Assembly: GCA_003557385.1 (NCBI GenBank)
Contig: PWON01000093.1
Location: 4,273 to 68,272, forward strand
Origin: Bacteroidales bacterium
GTDB taxonomy: Bacteria; Bacteroidota; Bacteroidia; Bacteroidales; UBA7960
DNA: 64,000 nucleotides
Direction of reading: 5' to 3'
Positions within the stretch are counted from its first letter, which is position 1. Every line of letters starts with the position of its first letter. The notes under the pieces were generated by a model. That model ran no database searches and had not been told where the DNA came from. It worked only from the letters and a program-made list of their open reading frames with translations. Shown in pieces: positions 1 to 9,026 of this stretch. The translations under genes were made by a program, and so were the position numbers.

Positions 1-2
1 CC

Positions 3-203
3 CGGGATCTTGCCAAAGGTGATGAAATTATGTTTACAGGGCCAACAACCGGGGTTTTGGAATGCAAAGCCAGCGAGATCCGCGTTGAAAACCTGTCGGT
101 GAATGTTGCCGGTAAAGGGGAGAAATGCTCGGTACGGGTACCGGAATTGGTCCGGCGGGGCGATAAGGTGTTTATAATCGTATCGGAGCAGGAGTTGTTT
201 TAA
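3..203 (+). CDS. 3' end of a gene cut by the window edge (last ~66 codons), possibly a U32-peptidase-type C-terminal domain
   Basis: Frame 3 is open from the window edge to TAA at 201-203 (RDLAKGDEIMFTGPTTGVLECKASEIRVENLSV...SEQELF*). The family guess is from memory of similar C-termini only. Confidence 0.4.
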   Translation, partial: RDLAKGDEIMFTGPTTGVLECKASEIRVENLSVNVAGKGEKCSVRVPELVRRGDKVFIIVSEQELF

Positions 204-210
204 ATAATAA

Positions 211-241
211 AAAAGGGGACCCGGCATTTTCGGGCCCCCTT
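211..241. terminator. Hairpin between convergent genes, probably the intrinsic terminator of the minus-strand SusCDE-like operon
   Basis: GGGGaCCCG / CGGGcCCCC stem (215-223 / 231-239) with a 7-nt loop. An A-run lies on the + strand upstream, which reads as a U-run after the hairpin on the minus strand. Confidence 0.6.
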
Positions 242-273
242 CTTAAAAATAAACAACAGTTAACCAATGTTCT

Positions 274-1377
274 TTACTCCTGGTGTACCTCGTAGCGGTA
301 TACCGGCCCTGTAAGATCCAGAATAACGGTATACATTCCTGCGGTTTCAATGGGAATGTCATTGCCAAATCCAAAGTACATCAATACGCCTTCTTCGTCG
401 GCATCTTCATCTATCCCCATATTCAATCCGGCAGGCGGGTCCCAGGCTCCATTGGCCCTGAATTTGAAATGCCCGGGTTCCAGCTGGAGGGTAACAAAAT
501 ACCTCACTTTCCAGGTTTCTTCAAAATATTCAAGGTCAACCTCCATCGGTACGTCGGTGTCCCAGCCTTCGGCTGCGCTGCCGATCAGCGCCCATTCTGT
601 CTTGAACTGTTCGTGTGTAAATTCGTTGAGGTCCACATTAATTTTATACACTCCTGCTTCCTCGGCGATAATGTTTGCACCATCGGGTTGCAGATTGCCA
701 TCGGCGTCGTCATCCCCCCAGTTGACATCCCAGCTTCCCTGGGCAAACTTGTATTCAACTGCGTCTTGCTGGAAGAAGAAATAGCCTTCGTAAATGCCGT
801 CTTGCTCCGGAGAATACACCACAGTCTGATCGTTGGCCGGATCCCATCCCTGGTAGCTGCCCGGAACGTTGAGAATGGCTGGCTCTGTGACAGATTCATA
901 GGTTGTGATGTTGAGCTCAATGGGGGCAGAATACATCCAGGTATGTTCAGATGCCCTGGTAAGGAAAGAGAAAACACGAAATGAAACCTCAGCCGTTTCG
1001 AATGGCTCAACGCCAAGACGGTTGACAACAAGACGGTTCATGGCACCAACTGTTATGTCGTAAGAGGTTCCACGGGTTTCAGCAATGTCGATAATGCTTT
1101 CCGGATTCTGCCACCCGTTATCTGCCAGGGTTGCCTGCAAAAGATATCGTGCATCCGGCAGTCCTTCGGTGCGGTATTCTGCTGCACTCCACTCAAATGA
1201 GAACAAGGTCTGTTCTGCCTCCTCTTCCTTAAGTGTGTAAGAACCGCCTGAATCAGGACTTGTGATGGCCGGAGCCACCGCTTCGTCCATATTCAGGACA
1301 TGATCTTTGTCTTCCTCACAGGAATGCAGGATGCCTATCCCAAAAATGATTGCGAGAATTAATGCTGTTCTTTTCAT
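274..1377 (-). CDS. SusE/SusF-like outer-membrane lipoprotein (glycan-binding accessory protein of a PUL)
   Basis: Lipoprotein signal MKRTALILAIIFGIGILHSC. It lies directly downstream of the SusD-like gene. Repeated GxW/GAWD aromatic motifs are typical of starch-binding beta-sandwich modules. Confidence 0.6.
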   Translation of the reverse strand: MKRTALILAIIFGIGILHSCEEDKDHVLNMDEAVAPAITSPDSGGSYTLKEEEAEQTLFSFEWSAAEYRTEGLPDARYLLQATLADNGWQNPESIIDIAETRGTSYDITVGAMNRLVVNRLGVEPFETAEVSFRVFSFLTRASEHTWMYSAPIELNITTYESVTEPAILNVPGSYQGWDPANDQTVVYSPEQDGIYEGYFFFQQDAVEYKFAQGSWDVNWGDDDADGNLQPDGANIIAEEAGVYKINVDLNEFTHEQFKTEWALIGSAAEGWDTDVPMEVDLEYFEETWKVRYFVTLQLEPGHFKFRANGAWDPPAGLNMGIDEDADEEGVLMYFGFGNDIPIETAGMYTVILDLTGPVYRYEVHQE

Positions 1378-1451
1378 TATTGTTTGTTTTTTTATTTCTA
1401 TTTGAAGTCCGGGTTTAAAACAAGGGCCCGGGTCGTGAACGGATTACTAGA

Positions 1452-3035
1452 TTAATTGTATCCCGGGTTTTGATCCAGGTTTGGATTGGCCGTAACATCT
1501 GCGTCCGGAATGGGGAAGATGTTGTACCGCTCATTGGTCGGCAAGCCATCACGTGATTCACCTTTCCAGGACCAGATATATGCATCGCCCGCAAACCTTC
1601 CAAATCGCACCAGGTCAGTTCGCCTGTGGTTCTCCCAGTACAATTCCCTGCCTCGTTCATCCAGGATAAAGTTCAGGGTGAGTTGCGCGCTTGTGATGTT
1701 CCCCGAATCATTGCCAAAGGCCCTTTCCCTGATGGCATTTACAAATTCCAGGGCAGTGTTGGCATCGCCGCCTGAACCACCCCGGAGCACAGCCTCTGCA
1801 TACATCAGGTAAACATCTGCAAGCCGGAATACCGGAAAATCGGTGTCAGCAAATTGAAGGTTACTGCCCGGGAGGTCATCTCTTGTCAGGTTGGTAAACT
1901 TACGCAGGGCATAACCGTTCTGGAAGTCTGACAGGTTGTTGATTTCCAGTGTTTGGCCCTGTGTAAAAAACATGGCTCGTCCATCACCGTCATCAAACAA
2001 TGAAACAAATTCAGGAGTAGTGCGTAAGCCACCCCAGCCATCGTCCACACCGGAGTCAGCTACTTCCATATCGCCACCGATGGAAGCTTTGATCAGGAAG
2101 GTAGTGCCGCCATAGGTTTGTGTTTCGATGCCGTGGTAGGGGACACGCATGATGATTTCATTGTCGCTCAGGTAATTGTCAGCATTGAATAGATGGGCAT
2201 ACTCATCTTCGAGTGCATACCCGCTATTGATGATCTGATTCAGATAAGCAATGGCTTCGGTGTACTTGGCTTGATTCGTATAAATTTCTGCATTCATGTA
2301 TAACTTACTCAGCAGCATCCAGGCAGCAGCCTTGTCTACACGCCCGTAATCATTGGTGCGGGGATCTTTCATCATGGGGTAAACTTCCTTGAGTTCAGTT
2401 TCCAGGTAGTTGAAAAGATCGGCTGCGCTGATCTGTTCTGGTAAGAAGGCCCCGATGGGATCTTTATCAGTTGCAAAAGGCACGTTGCCAAATATGTCGA
2501 GCGCATGCCAGTAACTGAATGCCCGCAAGAAACGTGCTTCGGCACGATACACCCGGATATCTTCTCTGAGCTGACCAGTAACGCCCCTGTCGTCCAGCAC
2601 ATCATCTGCTGTTTGACGGATGTATTCGTTGGCCAGCGCGATCTGGTAAAAGATACGGTAATACATGGCCGCGATAAATACGTCGCTGGCTCCCCAGCTC
2701 TGATACACGAAATCTTTGATCGTCTGGTCGTCCCAGCCGATTACGGCTTCATCGGTGGTGAGTACCTGGTGATAGTACAATGCACGAAGGTATTGTCCGA
2801 AGCCTTCGTCAATCCCACTGATGTCGGCCATGCCTGCAGGACCCTGCTGTCCGGAAACAGCCAGCCCGGCGTATAATTTTGCCAGGATCTGACGGTAAGC
2901 CTCCGGGTCTTCAAAAATATCTGCAGCGGTAATCTCCGTGTCATCCAGTGGGACTGTGTCCAGGTCTTTCATACAGGATAAAAACACGAAAAGGAAGGCT
3001 GCGCTTATGATGATTATTGATTTTATCTTTTTCAT
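1452..3035 (-). CDS. RagB/SusD family nutrient-uptake outer-membrane lipoprotein
   Basis: 527 aa with lipoprotein signal ...FLFVFLSCMKD. It starts 22 nt downstream of the SusC-like gene, with TPR-like helical content and typical length. Confidence 0.9.
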   Translation of the reverse strand: MKKIKSIIIISAAFLFVFLSCMKDLDTVPLDDTEITAADIFEDPEAYRQILAKLYAGLAVSGQQGPAGMADISGIDEGFGQYLRALYYHQVLTTDEAVIGWDDQTIKDFVYQSWGASDVFIAAMYYRIFYQIALANEYIRQTADDVLDDRGVTGQLREDIRVYRAEARFLRAFSYWHALDIFGNVPFATDKDPIGAFLPEQISAADLFNYLETELKEVYPMMKDPRTNDYGRVDKAAAWMLLSKLYMNAEIYTNQAKYTEAIAYLNQIINSGYALEDEYAHLFNADNYLSDNEIIMRVPYHGIETQTYGGTTFLIKASIGGDMEVADSGVDDGWGGLRTTPEFVSLFDDGDGRAMFFTQGQTLEINNLSDFQNGYALRKFTNLTRDDLPGSNLQFADTDFPVFRLADVYLMYAEAVLRGGSGGDANTALEFVNAIRERAFGNDSGNITSAQLTLNFILDERGRELYWENHRRTDLVRFGRFAGDAYIWSWKGESRDGLPTNERYNIFPIPDADVTANPNLDQNPGYN

Positions 3036-3056
3036 AATGCTTTCTGTTATTGGTTA

Positions 3057-6044
3057 CTAAAACTGGAGGTTGACATTCAGCACAAAGACCCTTGGCCTGG
3101 GATAGATGTTGTTGTCTATTCCATTGAACACTTCGGGGTCGAGTCCTTCATATCCTGTAATCATAAAGGCGTTTTGCACAATGGCCGACAGGCTCAGGTT
3201 GGCGCCTGTATTCATTACGTTGTAAAAGTTATATCCAAGAGTTATGTGGTCCATCTTGAAGAAGGAACCGTCCTGGATATAAAAGCTTGACAGGTATTGC
3301 GCCTGGTTAAACATGATGTCGAGCGCATCTGCAGTGATGTTGCTCAGATAGGGGCCCTCCGGACGGTGAAGCCTGCTCAGTTCGCCGTTCATTGAGCTTA
3401 CGTTGTTGTACACGTAATTGCCAAGGCTGGCACGGCCTGCAAATGAAAACGTCCAGTTTTTATAATGCAACTCAGATGTGAGGCCAAAATAATACTTGGG
3501 TATGGGACTCTTGAAATGGACCAGGTCGGCAGAGCTGATCTCCCCATCTCCGCTGATGTCGATATACACCCCCTCAATGGGGTTGCCATCTTCATCGTAC
3601 ACTTGTTGGTAAATATAGAAGGCATTGGGAGACTGCCCGACACTGTGGATCTGCGCAAAGTTGCCCACCCCGCCGGAAATTCCACCGGTTTGTACTCCAA
3701 TGTAAGTAGGATCATCCACGGCAGTGAGCCTGGTGATTTTCGTGTCGTTGTAGGTAGCATTGAACCCGAGTTCCCAGCGCAGGTTGTCCCTGACGATCGG
3801 GCGGGTAAATATGCTGAATTCCACCCCTTTGTTTTCCATGCTGCCAATGTTGGTCAGAATAAAGTTGGTCAGGTTGGTGCCTGCAGGGATGGGGATGAAG
3901 TTGATCAGGTCTTCTGTTTCGCGGAAATAGATATCAATGGAGCCGTAATACCTGTCTTCAAACAATGCATAATCGATCCCTGCATTGTAAGTGGTGGTTT
4001 CTTCCCATTTGATGTTGGCATCATAACCTTCCGGACGCCAGGTGGAGAGGAAGTTGCCGAGGCCAAAAGGATAGCTGGCCCCTTCGCGGCTGCGCGTATA
4101 ACGGGCCAGGTAGGGATAATAGTCACCACCGATATTTTGTTGCCCCGTAACACCATAACCCAGCCTGAGTTTCAGTTCATTGAACTGAGGCAATGCATCC
4201 ATGAAACTTTCCTGGTCGATCCGCCATGCAAAGGCTGCCGAAGGGAATATGCCGGAGCGTGTTTCGGGCGAGAAACGGGAAGTATGGTCGTTACGCAGTG
4301 TAAAGGTTAAAATGTAACGGTTCTTGAAGTAGTAGTTTGCCCTTCCGAAGAAGGAGATCAGGTAGTGCTCGCTTTCGTACTCCAGGTCTTGAAACACCCT
4401 GAAATCGGTTCCGGCAAGGTTGCCCTCAATATTGCTTGAATAGCTGAAACCCTTTAGCCAGAAGTGCTGCCAGGAGTAACCTGCCATAACATCAAAACGG
4501 CTGTCAATCGATGGAATCGATCTTTCATAATTCATATAGAAATCGATCAATTCGTTTTTCCTTTCCTGACCATATTCGCCGATAGAACCACCGCTGACAT
4601 AAGCCCATGCAGCGTAATCGGGTGTAAAGTTTGTGCCTTCCGACTTGGAATAATCATAGGCCACATTCAAGTTGGCCTTGAGATCCGGTAGCCAGTGCAG
4701 CCTGTAGTCCAGCTGGGCATTTCCAATGAAACGGTTTACAGTGGATTCGTTGTTGGTGAGATCCAGCAGGGCAACCGGATTGCTGGTTGCTACAGCTTTA
4801 GGGATTCCCGCTTCTTCCCAGGTGAAATAGCCGCCAAATTTTCCGTCTTCAACCATCACGGGCTGTGTTGGGTCAAACATGACGGCGGCACCAATAGCCC
4901 CCTCGTTGGCAAACTGGTTCTCAATATTCACCCCACGCAAGTTCAGGTTAACGTTCAGGTGATCGTCGAGCAGGCTGGGGTTTAAATTGATTGACATGGA
5001 AGCCCTTTCGATGTGGTCCCTTTTCAGAACACCTTCCTCAGCTTTGTAACCAATGGCGACACGATAAGGAATGCTTCTGTAAGCTCCGGTAGCGCTAAAT
5101 GTATGGTCATGGGCAATGGCATCCCGGAATATCTGGTCTTGCCATACGGTGTTTGCATCGCCCAGCATGCCTGTAACGGCCGGCCGGTCTGCGTAACGCT
5201 CGTTGATCAGGTCGCGGAACCGTTCTGCGCTGAGTACATCAGCTGTCCTGATATTTGAAGACAAAGAGTAGGTGCCTGCATAATTCAGTTGCAAAGGCAT
5301 GTCCTTTTTCCCTTGTTTGGTGGTGATGATGATTACCCCGTTGGAAGCCCTTGAGCCGTAGATGGCTGTTGCTGAGGCATCTTTTAGAACGGTAAATGTT
5401 TCAATGTCGTTGGGGTTGATTGTGGAAAGCGGGTTCCTTAGTCCCGGAACACCTGCGCTTTCGATCGGAACCCCGTCAATGACAATGAGCGGGTCGTTGT
5501 CGGCCGACAAAGATGAACCTCCCCTGATGCGAATGGTTTCACCGCTTCCCGGTGCACCTCCTGCAGATGTTATCTGCACACCAGGCATTTTGCCACGGAG
5601 GAGCTCAGCGGGGGTGGTGATATTGCCCCTGTTGAAATCGCGGTCGCCAACTACAGAAACGGAGCCTGTGGCATCTTCCCTGCGTTGAACACCGTAGCCG
5701 ATCACAACAAACTCTTCCAGGATTTCAATATCGAGCATCAGCTCAAAATTGATGGTTACCGTTTCACCGGCACCAACAGTAAGGGTGCGCACCAGCGGTT
5801 CATAACCCAGAAAGCTGCCCACCAGGATCACTTCTCCTGCGGGGACACTCAATGTGAACTCCCCATCGATATCAGTGACAGTTCCAATGGTGGTCCCCTG
5901 GATGATTACGTTAGCCCCGGGTAAGGTTTCGCCAGTTTGCAAATCGCTGACGACCCCGGTAACTGTACCTCTTTGTGCAAATGCAAATGAGCTGATAAGC
6001 AGCATCATAAGCAAAGGCAACATGCGTTTGGTTGGTTTTGTCAT
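3057..6044 (-). CDS. SusC/RagA family TonB-linked outer-membrane transporter
   Basis: 995 aa with a signal peptide. It has an N-terminal carboxypeptidase-regulatory-like domain (GTVTGVVSD...GANVIIQGT), a plug (VVIGYGVQRREDATGSVSVV), a long beta-barrel and a terminal ...NVNLQF. Confidence 0.95.
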   Translation of the reverse strand: MTKPTKRMLPLLMMLLISSFAFAQRGTVTGVVSDLQTGETLPGANVIIQGTTIGTVTDIDGEFTLSVPAGEVILVGSFLGYEPLVRTLTVGAGETVTINFELMLDIEILEEFVVIGYGVQRREDATGSVSVVGDRDFNRGNITTPAELLRGKMPGVQITSAGGAPGSGETIRIRGGSSLSADNDPLIVIDGVPIESAGVPGLRNPLSTINPNDIETFTVLKDASATAIYGSRASNGVIIITTKQGKKDMPLQLNYAGTYSLSSNIRTADVLSAERFRDLINERYADRPAVTGMLGDANTVWQDQIFRDAIAHDHTFSATGAYRSIPYRVAIGYKAEEGVLKRDHIERASMSINLNPSLLDDHLNVNLNLRGVNIENQFANEGAIGAAVMFDPTQPVMVEDGKFGGYFTWEEAGIPKAVATSNPVALLDLTNNESTVNRFIGNAQLDYRLHWLPDLKANLNVAYDYSKSEGTNFTPDYAAWAYVSGGSIGEYGQERKNELIDFYMNYERSIPSIDSRFDVMAGYSWQHFWLKGFSYSSNIEGNLAGTDFRVFQDLEYESEHYLISFFGRANYYFKNRYILTFTLRNDHTSRFSPETRSGIFPSAAFAWRIDQESFMDALPQFNELKLRLGYGVTGQQNIGGDYYPYLARYTRSREGASYPFGLGNFLSTWRPEGYDANIKWEETTTYNAGIDYALFEDRYYGSIDIYFRETEDLINFIPIPAGTNLTNFILTNIGSMENKGVEFSIFTRPIVRDNLRWELGFNATYNDTKITRLTAVDDPTYIGVQTGGISGGVGNFAQIHSVGQSPNAFYIYQQVYDEDGNPIEGVYIDISGDGEISSADLVHFKSPIPKYYFGLTSELHYKNWTFSFAGRASLGNYVYNNVSSMNGELSRLHRPEGPYLSNITADALDIMFNQAQYLSSFYIQDGSFFKMDHITLGYNFYNVMNTGANLSLSAIVQNAFMITGYEGLDPEVFNGIDNNIYPRPRVFVLNVNLQF

Positions 6045-6090
6045 ATGTATAGTGTATTTAGATTAGTGATATATATGTCTGTAGGTTCCG

Positions 6091-6098
6091 CAAAGATA
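6091..6098 (-). promoter_or_regulatory. Candidate Bacteroidota -7 box (TATCTTTG on the minus strand) for the SusC-like operon
   Basis: CAAAGATA on the + strand is TAnnTTTG on the minus strand, 47 nt upstream of the susC-like ATG. It overlaps a CCGCAAA half-site (6088-6094). Confidence 0.45.
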
Positions 6099-6160
6099 AT
6101 AAAAAAAAAGATTTTTTTTGCTTTCTTACCATTGAGTATCAGTTTTTTCCGTATTTATTC

Positions 6161-6176
6161 CCGCAAACGTTTGCGG
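6161..6176. promoter_or_regulatory. Perfect 16-bp palindrome CCGCAAACGTTTGCGG, candidate LacI-family operator
   Basis: It is self-complementary with a central CG and AAACGTTT core, as in LacI/GalR-family operators. It lies in the divergent spacer between the SusC-like gene and the LacI-family gene. Confidence 0.6.
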
Positions 6177-6321
6177 TACGGTTTGTTGTTTTTGGCATCA
6201 TAATGATACTCCTTATAACACTTCAGGGGATATTTTGGTTTAAAACATTGATCAGATCATGCCGGCATGCGGTTTTTTTCTAATTTTACAAGAGCAACTT
6301 TGGTTATTCAAACCCGGGCGT

Positions 6322-7329
6322 ATGACTTCAAAACAGATATCTATCCGTGATATAGCCAAATCTCTGGGTATATCCCCATCAACCGTATCAAGGGCCTTAA
6401 AAAATCACCCCGACATTAATGAGGCCACTTGTAAAAAGGTCCAGGAGTATGCCCAGCGGGTGCATTACCGGCCAAATGTGCTGGCCCTCGGGCTAAAACA
6501 TCAGCGCTCCATGACCATAGGGGTGATTATTCCTGAAATCATGCACCATTTTTTTTCATCCATCATCAGTGGCATTGAAGACCTGGCATATGGCAAAGGC
6601 TACCGGGTCATGATATGCCAATCGAATGAGGATTATCTTCGTGAAGTGATCAATGTACAGGCCCTGTTGGATCACCGGGTAGATGGCCTGTTGATCTCCA
6701 TCAGCAAAAGCACCCTCGATTATAATCACTTCAAGCAAGTGGTCAAACATGACATCCCCATCGTGTTTCTGGACAGGATTTGCAATGAAATTTCTTCCGA
6801 TCGTGTGGTTACAAATGATTATGAAGGCGCCCGAATGCTTGTTGCACATCTTCTGAAAAGTGGCCGCAGCCGCATTCTTCATTTGGCCGGACCCAAGCAT
6901 TTATCTGTCGGACATGAACGTTATCAGGGATATGTGCGTGCCTTGAAAGAATTTCGCATGCAGGTTGATGAAGAACTGGTTTTGCGGTGCGACACGCCTT
7001 CCAAGGTAGAGGCCCGCAAAAATCAGATCCTTGCCCTGGCCGGTAAAATTGACGGCATTTTTGCAGTGAATGACATGACGGCTGTGGCAGCCATGCGATT
7101 ATTGCAGGATAATGGGTTTGATGTGCCACAAAATATAGCTTTGGCAGGCTTTGGAGATGATCCCATAGCCACCATGGTGCGGCCCATGTTAACCACGGTT
7201 GAACAAAGGGGTTATGATATGGGCAGTGAGGCTGCCCGCCTGCTGATCAAACGCCTTACGGACAAAGAAGAAATGTCTTTCCAGACAAAGGTTTTTCCGG
7301 CGTTTCTGAAAATCAGGGAATCAGGCTAA
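6322..7329 (+). CDS. LacI family transcriptional regulator
   Basis: N-terminal HTH (ISIRDIAKSLGISPSTVSRALKN) followed by a periplasmic-binding-protein-like sugar-binding core. The ATG at 6322 is preferred over 6259 because the HTH begins right after it. Confidence 0.9.
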   Translation: MTSKQISIRDIAKSLGISPSTVSRALKNHPDINEATCKKVQEYAQRVHYRPNVLALGLKHQRSMTIGVIIPEIMHHFFSSIISGIEDLAYGKGYRVMICQSNEDYLREVINVQALLDHRVDGLLISISKSTLDYNHFKQVVKHDIPIVFLDRICNEISSDRVVTNDYEGARMLVAHLLKSGRSRILHLAGPKHLSVGHERYQGYVRALKEFRMQVDEELVLRCDTPSKVEARKNQILALAGKIDGIFAVNDMTAVAAMRLLQDNGFDVPQNIALAGFGDDPIATMVRPMLTTVEQRGYDMGSEAARLLIKRLTDKEEMSFQTKVFPAFLKIRESG

Positions 7330-8852
7330 TCCATCACCAGCACTTTCCCTTCCATCTCTTCCGGGGCATCCAGGCCCATCATGTAAAGTATGGTTGGTGC
7401 CAGATCTGCCAGGCGACCTGATCGAATCTTTTTAAATATATTATGGATTAGCCAGCAAGGCACAGGATTGGTTGTGTGTGCCGTATTGGGTGATCCGTCG
7501 GAGTTCAGTCCGTAATCTGCATTTCCATGGTCGGCCGTAATAATCATCCCATAGTTGTTGGCCAGACCGGCCTCCACCACTTCCTGCAAGCATGAATCAA
7601 CCGTTTCCAGCGCTTCCTTTATGGCTTCCACTACACCGGTATGTCCAACCATGTCGGCATTGGCAAAATTCAGGCAGATAAAATCATGTTTGCCGGTTTC
7701 AATTTCCCGGATTACCGCATTTTTTACTTCCGGCGCACTCATGGCAGGTTGCAGATCGTAAGTGGCTACCTTGGGAGAGGGGATCATGACCCTTTCTTCT
7801 CCATCGAAGGTTTGCTCCCGGCCTCCACTGAAAAAGAAAGTCACATGGGGATATTTTTCTGTTTCCGCAATGCGGAGTTGCGTTTTCCCAGCCCTGGCAA
7901 GGATCTCTCCCAGGGTGTTTTTCAGATCTTCCTTTTCAAAGGCCACTTTCACCTCTTTAAAGGATTTGTCATATTCGGTCATGGTCACATAATGCAACGG
8001 CATGGTGTTCATGCCTTGATCGGACATGTTTTGCTGGGTAAGTACCGTTGTGATCTCGCGCAAGCGATCGGTCCGGAAATTGAAACAGATTACTACGTCG
8101 TCCTCACTTACTGTGGCCAGGGGTTTCCCTGCATCATCGGTGATCACTTTGGGTTTGATGAATTCATCGGTCACGTTATCATCATACGAGGCCTGTATGG
8201 CTTCGATGGCACTTTTAAAGGATGCCCCCTTTCCCTCCAAAAGCATGTCATAGGCAATTTTGATCCTGTCCCATCGCTTGTCACGGTCCATGGCATAATA
8301 ACGGCCACAAACCGTGGCAATGGCGCCGGTTGTTTTTTTCATGTATGCTTCCAGTTCCCGGATAAAGCCCTTGCCGCTTTTTGGATCGGTATCCCTTCCG
8401 TCTGTAAAGGCATGTATATACAAGTCATCAAAATCAAGCTGCTTGGCCATATCACACAGCCCAAACAAATGGTCCATGGCCGAATGAACACCCCCATCGG
8501 ATACCAGGCCGAACAAGTGAACCTTCTTGCCATGATCCTTTGCGTAGTTGAAGGCATCTTTTAATACCTTATTTTCCTGAAGTGACTTGTCCTGAACCGC
8601 CTTGCTGATTTTTACCAGATCCTGGTATACAATCCTTCCTGCACCCATATTCAGGTGCCCAACTTCAGAATTGCCCATTTGCCCGTCCGGCAGTCCTACG
8701 TCCTCCCCCGATGTCCGCAGCAAGGTATTTGGAGTGTTTGAGTAAAGGCTTTTTGTAAATGGTACGTTGGCATGATGGATGATATCGGCTTTGCTTTCAT
8801 CGCCCTTTCCCCAGCCATCCAAAATCACCAGCATTATTTTCTGATTCCCCAT
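7326..8852 (-). CDS. gpmI: 2,3-bisphosphoglycerate-independent phosphoglycerate mutase
   Basis: 508 aa with LVILDGWG, the MGNSEVGHLNMGAGR motif and ADHGNA near the C-terminus. Confidence 0.95.
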   Translation of the reverse strand: MGNQKIMLVILDGWGKGDESKADIIHHANVPFTKSLYSNTPNTLLRTSGEDVGLPDGQMGNSEVGHLNMGAGRIVYQDLVKISKAVQDKSLQENKVLKDAFNYAKDHGKKVHLFGLVSDGGVHSAMDHLFGLCDMAKQLDFDDLYIHAFTDGRDTDPKSGKGFIRELEAYMKKTTGAIATVCGRYYAMDRDKRWDRIKIAYDMLLEGKGASFKSAIEAIQASYDDNVTDEFIKPKVITDDAGKPLATVSEDDVVICFNFRTDRLREITTVLTQQNMSDQGMNTMPLHYVTMTEYDKSFKEVKVAFEKEDLKNTLGEILARAGKTQLRIAETEKYPHVTFFFSGGREQTFDGEERVMIPSPKVATYDLQPAMSAPEVKNAVIREIETGKHDFICLNFANADMVGHTGVVEAIKEALETVDSCLQEVVEAGLANNYGMIITADHGNADYGLNSDGSPNTAHTTNPVPCWLIHNIFKKIRSGRLADLAPTILYMMGLDAPEEMEGKVLVMD

Positions 8853-8953
8853 GTGTATGCAAATACTTTATCAAATTAAACAATGACCGTTCCAAGTTAT
8901 GTTTACCATTCGTGCAAACTCATCTCATAACCGCAATCCAACCACAAAACCCG

Positions 8954-9026
8954 ACCAACCACTAAATAATAAATACTAATCACCAAATACTAATTACTAA
9001 TTACTAATCCCCCCTTCTTCCTACCC
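8954..9026. repeat. 73-nt G-free tract with TACTAAT heptamer repeats
   Basis: The + strand has no G between 8954 and 9026. TACTAAT occurs at 8974-8980 and in three tandem copies at 8988-9008. The tract lies between the ABC permease stop and the gpmI start. Confidence 0.6.

Noticed and set aside
283-984. Long ORFs antisense to, or out of frame with, confident genes. Examples are 283-984, 3465-4310, 7641-8564, 12517-13107, 20843-21544, 29872-30520, 36099-36692 and 49415-50038.
   Set aside because: Each lies entirely inside a much longer ORF with clear family motifs. Their translations are low-complexity or compositionally odd (rich in R, S, C and P) with no recognisable domains. They are typical shadow ORFs.
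6258-6269. Palindrome CATGCCGGCATG followed by T7, considered as an intrinsic terminator.
   Set aside because: The palindrome has no loop, so the effective stem is too short. It sits just upstream of the LacI-family start, so a binding site or chance is more likely.
6259-6321. N-terminal extensions in the ORF track, several starting at TTG or GTG. They begin at 6259, 10448, 11140, 28627, 28585, 36970, 38122, 39787, 51129 and 61999.
   Set aside because: The conserved family N-termini begin at downstream ATGs. In several cases the extension runs through a -7 box, an operator or a terminator hairpin, so the shorter starts were used.
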